Shown: positions 57,647 to 64,000 of the stretch, one piece after another
How the letters are laid out: each line of letters starts with the position of its first letter
Position numbering within the stretch: the stretch's first letter is position 1
Assembly (NCBI GenBank): GCA_000146465.1
Contig: CP001952.1
Direction: 5' to 3' (one strand)
Length of the DNA: 64,000 bases
Program-made: the position numbers and the translations under genes
Notes under the pieces: generated by a model
The model's database searches: none
What the model was told of the DNA's origin: nothing
The model's input: the letters and a program-made list of their open reading frames with translations, nothing else

Positions 57647-60184
57647 TCATTGGGGCCTTACAGAATAGACATAGTCGGAAATTCGGACTCCTTCCCCCTC
57701 CTCGGAGACATGGCTGCATCTTACCCTGATGGGGTCCTCGGTCTCCCTCATCAGAAGAATCTTTGTTAATGCATGCACAAAGTTCGACTGAATAAATCGT
57801 TTCAACAGCCGAGCCCCGTATGTCGAGGAATATGCCTTTTCAATCACATCGTCCTTCACTCTATCCGAGATCTCAAACGATATCCCCTTCTCGTCCAGCT
57901 TCTTCCTCAGCTGACCCATCTGATACTCAAGAATCTTGTACATGCTTTCTCTATCAAGATTATTGAAGTATATCACATTGTCAATGCGATTGACAAGAGG
58001 TGGCCCAAACCGGTTCAGCACCAATCTTTCAATTTCTTTTCTGTCTTCATCTCTAAGCTCTGGAGACCTCATCATTATTTCTTGGCCTAGGTTGGAGGTC
58101 ATAATCAGTACACAGTTCCTGAAGTCCACAACCGTCCCTTTTCCATCCGTAACACGTCCCTCGTCCAAGAGCTGGTATAGCACATTCAGAACTGTTTGGT
58201 GTGCCAAGTCCACCTCGTCCAATAAAATCACGTTGTAGGGCTTGTTCTTGATGGGCTCTGTGAGAGCTCCTCCTTCATTGTATCCTACATATCCTGCAGA
58301 TGCTCCAATTAGCTTGGTTATACTCATTTCATTTCCATAGTCGCTCATATCAAGCACAAGCATGTTCTTCTCGTCGTCAAACAACTCCATTGCAACTGCC
58401 TTGGCAAGCTCTGTCTTTCCAACCCCTGTAGGCCCAAGAAGAAGGAAAGCTCCAATCGGCTTATCCTCTCTGCTCAGTCCCACTCTGGATTGCAAGATAG
58501 AATCTACAATCGAATCCACTGCATGCCCCTGCCCAAATATCCGTCTCTTTATTCGAGAGCTCATCTCCATAAGCCTCTCATTCTCTTTAATGGTTAACCT
58601 CTTCACAGGAATTCCTGTCCATCTGCTTATGACCTCGGCAATGTTCACAGGAAGAATTACTTCTACACTCTCGAGTCTCTTGAGCTCACTCTCAATCACA
58701 GGAATCACATTCATCTTAAGGTCATATGCAACATATGTGTCTCTCTCAGCTTGGGCTAACCTCAGCTTAGTATCCTCCAACCTCTTCTTTAGCTTCTTGG
58801 CCTCGATCACATGTCTTTTCTCCTTCAGATATGCCTCTTCCATCGGCTCTATACTTCTCTTTACCTCTTCTATCTTTTCAACCACGTTCTCCAGCCTCTT
58901 CATTGTATGCTCGTCCTTTTCCCTTGCAAGATCAATTTCTAAGCTTGCCTTTTCAAGCTCCAAAGACCATGCCTTCGACCTTGCATTCAGAATCTCTTGC
59001 GGCTCGCTTTCTAGTGCTATCACTGCACTGGCACATGCCGTGTCCACCAAGTCAATTGCTACATCGGGAAGTCTTCTGTTCGAAATGTATTTCTTCGATG
59101 AGTTTGCTGCATACACAAGAGCATTGTCAGCTATCTTAACTCCATGATATGCCTCCAATCTTTCTCTAAGCCCCCGCAGCATCGTAATCGAGTCCTCGAT
59201 CGATGGCTCATTCACAACAACCTGCACAAATCTTCTCTCAAATGCAGGATCCTTTTCAACATACTTTCTGTACTCATCATGTGTTGTTGCCCCAATGCAT
59301 TTGATCGTCCCGGCTGCAAGCCCAGGCTTGAGCATGTTTGCTGCATCCATTGCCCCATCAGTCTTCCCGGCTCCCAACACAATGTGGATCTCGTCAATAA
59401 ACAGAATCACCCCTGGCGTTGTTTCAGCCTCCTTGACTAGACTCTTCAATCTCTCCTCAAAATCTCCTCTGTGTGCTGTTCCTGCAACCATCGACCCAAC
59501 ATCCACATTGTAGATCCTTGCATTCTGGAGAGTGGGTGCCTCGCCGTTCGCTATCAGCTGTGCGATCCCATTCACTATGGCTGTCTTTCCAACCCCCGGC
59601 TTTCCAACCAGTATTGCATTGCTCTTTGTCTTTTTCGACAGGATCTCAATGACCTGTCTTATCTCCTCATCTCTTCCAATCACAGGATCAAAAACATTCT
59701 GCCGTGCTTGCTCAACCATATCAACAGCAAATTTCGACATTGCATTTGTCGCATCGTCGGAATTTCGGGAATCAAATCTTTTGTTCTTCGTCTGCTCCTC
59801 AACTCTCTTCTTTATGTCTTCGGAATTGATGAGCAGCTCCTTGATACTTTTGACTGAAAGAAGCTGAAGCACCAATGCATTTACAGAGACATATCCATCT
59901 CCCCCCTTCTCGGCTGCCGCTAGAACCCTTGCAAGTGCTTCCCCAACCCGTGGCTCCGTACAGTTGTACTGCTTTGCAAAGCCTCCTATCTTTTTTATAA
60001 GTGCATTTTTAATGTCGTTCCTCTCAGTAGGGTTCAACACACTGTACAACACAGATGTCTGATCGTTCAGTATTACCTTCAGGAGATGCTCGGGCTCAAC
60101 AACATTGTTGCTATTTGCAATTGCCTCCTCCAGACACCCCCTTAAAGCGTTCTGTGCTCGCTCCGTATACCTCTTTGCATTCAT
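57647..60184 (-). CDS. HSP104: Hsp104/ClpB-type disaggregase (two AAA+ modules)
   Basis: The N-domain starts MNAKRYTERAQNAL (Hsp104 has MNDQTQFTERA). DDATNAMSKFAVDMVEQARQNVFDPVIGRDEEIRQVIEIL matches Hsp104 ([31 protein letters not shown]). NBD1 Walker A GKPGVGKTAI; NBD2 GPTGVGKTELAKA. No mitochondrial presequence. Confidence 0.9.
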   Translation of the reverse strand: MNAKRYTERAQNALRGCLEEAIANSNNVVEPEHLLKVILNDQTSVLYSVLNPTERNDIKNALIKKIGGFAKQYNCTEPRVGEALARVLAAAEKGGDGYVSVNALVLQLLSVKSIKELLINSEDIKKRVEEQTKNKRFDSRNSDDATNAMSKFAVDMVEQARQNVFDPVIGRDEEIRQVIEILSKKTKSNAILVGKPGVGKTAIVNGIAQLIANGEAPTLQNARIYNVDVGSMVAGTAHRGDFEERLKSLVKEAETTPGVILFIDEIHIVLGAGKTDGAMDAANMLKPGLAAGTIKCIGATTHDEYRKYVEKDPAFERRFVQVVVNEPSIEDSITMLRGLRERLEAYHGVKIADNALVYAANSSKKYISNRRLPDVAIDLVDTACASAVIALESEPQEILNARSKAWSLELEKASLEIDLAREKDEHTMKRLENVVEKIEEVKRSIEPMEEAYLKEKRHVIEAKKLKKRLEDTKLRLAQAERDTYVAYDLKMNVIPVIESELKRLESVEVILPVNIAEVISRWTGIPVKRLTIKENERLMEMSSRIKRRIFGQGHAVDSIVDSILQSRVGLSREDKPIGAFLLLGPTGVGKTELAKAVAMELFDDEKNMLVLDMSDYGNEMSITKLIGASAGYVGYNEGGALTEPIKNKPYNVILLDEVDLAHQTVLNVLYQLLDEGRVTDGKGTVVDFRNCVLIMTSNLGQEIMMRSPELRDEDRKEIERLVLNRFGPPLVNRIDNVIYFNNLDRESMYKILEYQMGQLRKKLDEKGISFEISDRVKDDVIEKAYSSTYGARLLKRFIQSNFVHALTKILLMRETEDPIRVRCSHVSEEGEGVRISDYVYSVRPQ

Positions 60185-60250
60185 ACTTCAAATCTCCTTC
60201 GTCCTTAAATACTTTTAGATGTCCAAAGTCATGAGGTTTTTCCCTCACTT

Positions 60251-60263
60251 TTCTGGAAAATTC
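60251..60263. promoter_or_regulatory. Heat-shock element (TTCtgGAAaaTTC) upstream of the Hsp104 start
   Basis: A perfect three-unit inverted nGAAn array, TTC-nn-GAA-nn-TTC, lying 67 nt upstream of the Hsp104 ATG (60184, minus strand) in the 158-bp spacer. Confidence 0.45.
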
Positions 60264-60342
60264 TTGGTGGGTAGCTTCCAGTTCCAAAACTACAGGGTAA
60301 AGAAAAGAGAGTATCTACAACTCCAAGACTTTATTTTCTCAT

Positions 60343-60636
60343 TTACTGCTTCCTTAAGAGAGTAGGTGTCATAAATCCCATCATACACCCCAGAATGGAC
60401 AGAAGCACACGGTCCTGATTCTGGGACCTAGTGGCCATAGCCATAAACATAGGGATGAAGCTGTATATGAACAACGAGGGTATTGAGAAGATAGAGAGAA
60501 CAACCATTACCAGGGCCAAGGATGTATAGGCCACAAGAGGTGTTTCGTCCACATATTTCTCATAGTCCTCCTTCCGTATTTTACAACAGGAATCACTCAT
60601 TCTAGGGTAATAAATCTCTTGCCCCAAATTCTGCAT
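60343..60636 (-). CDS. Small 2-TM membrane protein, 97 aa
   Basis: ATG at 60634-60636 (revcomp); alternative start at MSDSCC. Two hydrophobic helices (LVAYTSLALVMVVLSIFSI, LLSILGCMMGFMTPTLL). No family assigned. Confidence 0.35.
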   Translation of the reverse strand: MQNLGQEIYYPRMSDSCCKIRKEDYEKYVDETPLVAYTSLALVMVVLSIFSIPSLFIYSFIPMFMAMATRSQNQDRVLLSILGCMMGFMTPTLLRKQ

Positions 60637-61390
60637 GCTCTATCTAGTTGGATTCGGATTGCATTCGTACAAGGATATAACTCTCAGAGGATTGGAGGCT
60701 GCCAAGAGCAGCACAAGAGTGTATCTGGAGAACTACACATCAATCCATGGAGAACCGTTGGATGAGTTTGAAGAGCTTATAGGGAAGAAGGTATTCCTGG
60801 CAGACAGAGAGATGATGGAGCAAACCGACAAAATAGTTGATGAGTCCCTTGAAGAGGATGTCACCTTGCTTGTAGTGGGATCACCATTGTTCGCAACAAC
60901 TCACACAGACATAATCATAAGGGCGAAGGAAAAGGGAATAAGAGTCGAAGTTATTCACAATGCCTCCATAATAAACGTGTTGGGGTGCTGTGGGCTTTAT
61001 TCCTATACCTTTGGAAAGGTGGTGTCCATCCCGTACTTTGCAGGAAAATGGAGGCCGACAAGCTTCTACGACAATATAGTAAAGAACTATCAGAACAATC
61101 TTCACACACTATGTCTTCTGGACATTAAAGCTGACGAGCATAGGTTCATGAGCGTTAATGAGGCAATTGACCAGATCTTAGAAGCAGCCACCCTCACCGG
61201 CTCCTCGCTTATCAACGAAGACACAAGAATATTTGCAATCTGCAGGTTCGGATCTCCTACAGAAGAAGTTGCTTATGAAAGAATCGCCGACTTAAAACTG
61301 AGGTCTTTTGGAGACCCACTTCACTCCCTGATCATTCCTGCCAAGTTGGACAGAGTCGAGGAAGAACTGGTTGGTTCTCTGTTTGAATAA
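60635..61390 (+). CDS. DPH5: Diphthine synthase (Dph5)
   Basis: MLYLVGFGLHSYKDITLRGLEAAKSSTRVYLENYTSI...LLVVGSPLFATTHTDIIIRAKEKGIRVEVIHNASIINVLGCCGL...HTLCLLDIK matches Dph5 ([34 protein letters not shown]...[21 protein letters not shown]...IHNASVMNAVGACGL...HTLVLLDIKV). Confidence 0.85.
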   Translation: MLYLVGFGLHSYKDITLRGLEAAKSSTRVYLENYTSIHGEPLDEFEELIGKKVFLADREMMEQTDKIVDESLEEDVTLLVVGSPLFATTHTDIIIRAKEKGIRVEVIHNASIINVLGCCGLYSYTFGKVVSIPYFAGKWRPTSFYDNIVKNYQNNLHTLCLLDIKADEHRFMSVNEAIDQILEAATLTGSSLINEDTRIFAICRFGSPTEEVAYERIADLKLRSFGDPLHSLIIPAKLDRVEEELVGSLFE

Positions 61391-61457
61391 ATCTGTCTGA
61401 ATAGAAGCAAAAGTACAACGATTTATTAGAAAAATCATTATTATTACTTGTCTTGGC

Positions 61458-64000
61458 TTAATGAGCTATTTGTCCTGTGAATCCTGTGGCTGGAAGCTGT
61501 GGGGTTCCTGTGGTTGGTACGTTAGCGCCTGGGAACGAATAGGAAAGCCCATTCATTGTATGGTCGGGTTGCCCGGGCTGAACTTGTCTTGTAAATGTAT
61601 TGCTTGTGGCCGGAGATGCCTTAACTTCAGGCTTCAACGGGTTTTGTTGGCTGCTTGGTACCCCGGACCCCGGAATCTGGCCAGCCCCTGTGTTACTTGC
61701 CGTTCCCGTCCTCCCTGGAGTGGAAGATGCTCCTGCTTGGACTCCAGTTGAATTCTTTGTTGGGGTTGGAGTTACGGTTGGGTTTCCTTTGAACTTGACC
61801 TCCCCAAGAACTTGTGTCTTTCTAGGGTCGTTTGGTACAGATACAGAAATCTCAGTTGTTCCTGTAGGTGTCTTCTTGGTTTCAATCTGCTCAACGCTCT
61901 TCAGATTGGGAACAATCATCTGCTCTAGTATCTCTCCGCCAACTGTGTTAGGCTGGTGGGTCACCGTCGATATGTTGTTGAATATCATCTCGGTGATCGA
62001 CCCGACGTTGGTCTTGCTGTCAGGTAAAATGTTAGTTATCTGGCTATAGAAGTTTGTTCCTGTGATGTCTTTACGAGCTTCTGGAGATGCTTCGTTGTAG
62101 CTTATCATTTCCTTAATTGTAGAGTCTGGAAGCTGAGAAATCATGTTGAGGAACGTTTCTGTAGAAATGTTCATCCCTTTGGCATAGCTCTCAGCCTTAC
62201 TTATGATGTTGTTCCTGACCTGAGACTCAGTGCTGGTCGAGGTTGAAATGTGTTCGCTGATCAACTCCTTGTTGTACTCGTCGACTATTGCTGCCTTCTC
62301 TCCATCAATCTTTCCGTTGAATACATTCTTCTTGGCCACCTCATTTCCGTTCCCTGACTTTTGAATCTCGGAAAGCACATTACTTATGAAAGTCTCCTCA
62401 GATCCTTTCACCGAGTCGGTTACTGCCATGTCCAATGGAACGTCCGGGGATTTCTTCTTAAGCTCCTCGCTGACTGCTCCAACAGTCGAAGACCCAACAC
62501 TATTAAGACTCTCGATTGCCTGGTCCATCGTCATTATCTCGGGAACTCCATATGGAGAGGAAATCTCAACAAACTTGCTTCCATCAGGGTTTGTATAAAC
62601 CTCTGTTGTGATCCCTTCTAGGTTCTTTGCTTTCTTCTCTTCCTCAACTCTGGCCTTCATCTCAGAAGCTGCTGCAACCTCGCTTTCGTGAGCCAGCCTT
62701 CCATTAATCATCGGCCTCATTTCCTTTACAAATTCGTTCCATGGCGTCTGTATAAGCTCTCCATCCTCAATATCCAGCTCAGATGCCGATCCAATGTTTA
62801 AGCTCTTCTTTCCATCAGTCATCGTAGATGGAGGAACGGGATCAAGAGGAGATGGAAGAGGTAGGACAAATCCATCCACATTTGCCTCGTAGTATCCAAC
62901 ACCCTTATCGAGCTCGGGTCTCTCTCCTGTGTTGTACTGGTGTTCAAGTAGCGAGGTGTCCAGTTTCTGGTTCTCCATCAATTCCTTTGTTCCTTCAGGG
63001 AAGATAACCTTCCCTTTGTTCACCTTCAATGCCTTTGCTGCCTCAGAGATATGCACTGCTCCATTCTCCATCTCAATGACATTCAATCCACTCTCAACAG
63101 CTGTCCCAACAACCTTGTTTCTCACTTGATTCCTTCTGTTCTTCTGTCTGCTCTGTACAATCACTTCCTCTTCAGACTTTGGCTCTTCATTACTGAATCC
63201 CTTCAGAGGAAGTTTTACTTTTCCATCGGAAATCCCAATTCTGCTGGTGGTTGGAGGAATAATTTCCTTAACATTGAGGTTCGATGTAGAAGTCTCTTTC
63301 CTTAGTGCCTCAATGTTTGATTGGTGTGCCATCTCCTCCTCATACTTCTTGTTCAGCTCCTCAAGGTTCGATCCAACAACATTAAGTCCGGCATGTGCTG
63401 TAGCCATGTGATCGACAGCCTCTTGGATCGAGTCGTTCATTCCCATCGGCCCCAGCATCTTCATCACCTCCTCCTTTCTAACCTCTCTTTCATGGTTCAA
63501 TGTCTCCTCTGTTATCTTCTCTGCCTCTTCCCGTGCCTTTTCGGCCTGCATTATGTCTCCAGTGCTCTCGAAAACCTTTGTAAATGCACTCTTTCCCTCA
63601 TTGTTGATGATCTCCTGTTCTGCTGCTTTTGCAAGATGCTCCTCTGCCTCCTTTACTGCATTGTTCTCGTTGGCTTCCTTCTGCACTCTTATAGCCTCGT
63701 TTTGCATCTCTTCGTTCCTACGATTCATCTCCTCAATTGCCTTTTCGGTGGAAACCTTCGAAAGGAAGTTCAGAGCATTTGTCTTTCGCCCTCTCGGCTT
63801 GAGCTGTGCCTTGGCATTCTCCAGGTTCTCATGTGCCTTTGCAAGATCTTCTGCACTCGAAATCGCCACATCTGTCAGAATCTTCTCCTGAACAACAGGG
63901 TTCGACAACCCCTCAACACTTGCTGCTTCCTTCAATGCCGCCGCCTGGCTGAGCTTCTGAAGCGCCCTGTTAATAGGCTCGGTTATATGGACCTTAGAGA
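61458..64000 (-). CDS. Large hypothetical protein with Thr/Pro/Gly/Ser-rich C-terminal tail; 5' end lies beyond the window
   Basis: The track start at 63935 is a TTG, and the reading frame stays open to nt 64000 (..[30 protein letters not shown]..). Coiled/charged N-terminal two-thirds, then a low-complexity tail ([43 protein letters not shown]...). Confidence 0.5.
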   Translation of the reverse strand, partial: SKVHITEPINRALQKLSQAAALKEAASVEGLSNPVVQEKILTDVAISSAEDLAKAHENLENAKAQLKPRGRKTNALNFLSKVSTEKAIEEMNRRNEEMQNEAIRVQKEANENNAVKEAEEHLAKAAEQEIINNEGKSAFTKVFESTGDIMQAEKAREEAEKITEETLNHEREVRKEEVMKMLGPMGMNDSIQEAVDHMATAHAGLNVVGSNLEELNKKYEEEMAHQSNIEALRKETSTSNLNVKEIIPPTTSRIGISDGKVKLPLKGFSNEEPKSEEEVIVQSRQKNRRNQVRNKVVGTAVESGLNVIEMENGAVHISEAAKALKVNKGKVIFPEGTKELMENQKLDTSLLEHQYNTGERPELDKGVGYYEANVDGFVLPLPSPLDPVPPSTMTDGKKSLNIGSASELDIEDGELIQTPWNEFVKEMRPMINGRLAHESEVAAASEMKARVEEEKKAKNLEGITTEVYTNPDGSKFVEISSPYGVPEIMTMDQAIESLNSVGSSTVGAVSEELKKKSPDVPLDMAVTDSVKGSEETFISNVLSEIQKSGNGNEVAKKNVFNGKIDGEKAAIVDEYNKELISEHISTSTSTESQVRNNIISKAESYAKGMNISTETFLNMISQLPDSTIKEMISYNEASPEARKDITGTNFYSQITNILPDSKTNVGSITEMIFNNISTVTHQPNTVGGEILEQMIVPNLKSVEQIETKKTPTGTTEISVSVPNDPRKTQVLGEVKFKGNPTVTPTPTKNSTGVQAGASSTPGRTGTASNTGAGQIPGSGVPSSQQNPLKPEVKASPATSNTFTRQVQPGQPDHTMNGLSYSFPGANVPTTGTPQLPATGFTGQIAH

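Noticed and set aside
1-64000. Searched for CRISPR arrays, prokaryotic defence islands, transposases, LTRs, tandem or inverted repeats, and rRNA
   Set aside because: I saw none. The window is eukaryotic single-copy coding DNA. The only low-complexity DNA is the polypyrimidine tract at 55760..56045.
1-64000. Many 60 to 160-aa ORFs in the track that lie antisense to or nested in the large genes (for example 422..883, 1345..1824, 3528..3935, 8208..8429, 11680..12174, 28415..29331, 39867..40541, 52278..52955, 53616..54533, 58362..59147)
   Set aside because: Each lies entirely within a well-supported gene on the other strand or in another frame. They have low-complexity or Ser/Leu-rich composition and no motifs. 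I treat them as six-frame noise.

Overview
This 64-kb window is a compact, intron-poor eukaryotic nuclear region with about 58 protein-coding genes on alternating strands, one tRNA gene and no rRNA, transposon or CRISPR features. Intergenic spacers run from 0 to about 400 bp. GC content (about 45 percent), tiny spacers, a C-triplet just upstream of many initiator ATGs and one candidate 23-nt GTAAGT...AG intron all fit a microsporidian, Encephalitozoon-like genome. I cannot prove the organism from sequence alone. Gene identities were assigned by recalling family signature motifs, since no search could be run. Housekeeping genes called with good support: Utp14, eIF2-alpha, an L7Ae/Snu13-like protein, two CDK kinases, Dcp1, a longin R-SNARE, a FIGNL1/katanin-clade AAA ATPase, a POT/PTR2 peptide transporter, 3-ketodihydrosphingosine reductase, Mn/Fe superoxide dismutase, an Erf4/GOLGA7-like protein, isoleucyl-tRNA synthetase, an EF-2-family GTPase, an RNF5-type RING ligase, an Rrp6-like exonuclease plus HRDC domain, ORMDL, Cdc27/Apc3, Utp15, phospholipase D, Nbp35, an Atm1-like ABCB half transporter, Ctu2, a Spc25-like protein, TFIIF-alpha, TAF8, tRNA-Gly(CCC), PMS1/PMS2, Rvb2, V-ATPase subunit A, an Arh1/FDXR-like reductase, a Bet3-family TRAPP subunit, a forkhead factor, an ABCG half transporter, eIF4E, eL15, Fip1, Rpb9, Hsp104 and diphthine synthase. 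The remaining genes are orphans. The supplied ORF track treats TTG and GTG as start codons, so many track starts are not ATG; I moved those to the first in-frame ATG where that was clearly better. There is no prokaryote-style defence or mobile system here. The points I rate most worth follow-up are: the candidate 23-nt intron in a small 4-TM protein gene, an Rrp6-like gene with a degenerate DEDDy active site, three divergent gene pairs whose start codons interlock on a CATG palindrome, the convergent Nbp35-Atm1 Fe-S pair with an adrenodoxin-reductase-like gene nearby, a heat-shock element upstream of Hsp104, a signal-peptide secreted orphan, a large Thr/Pro/Gly-tailed protein, and a 1460-aa orphan.
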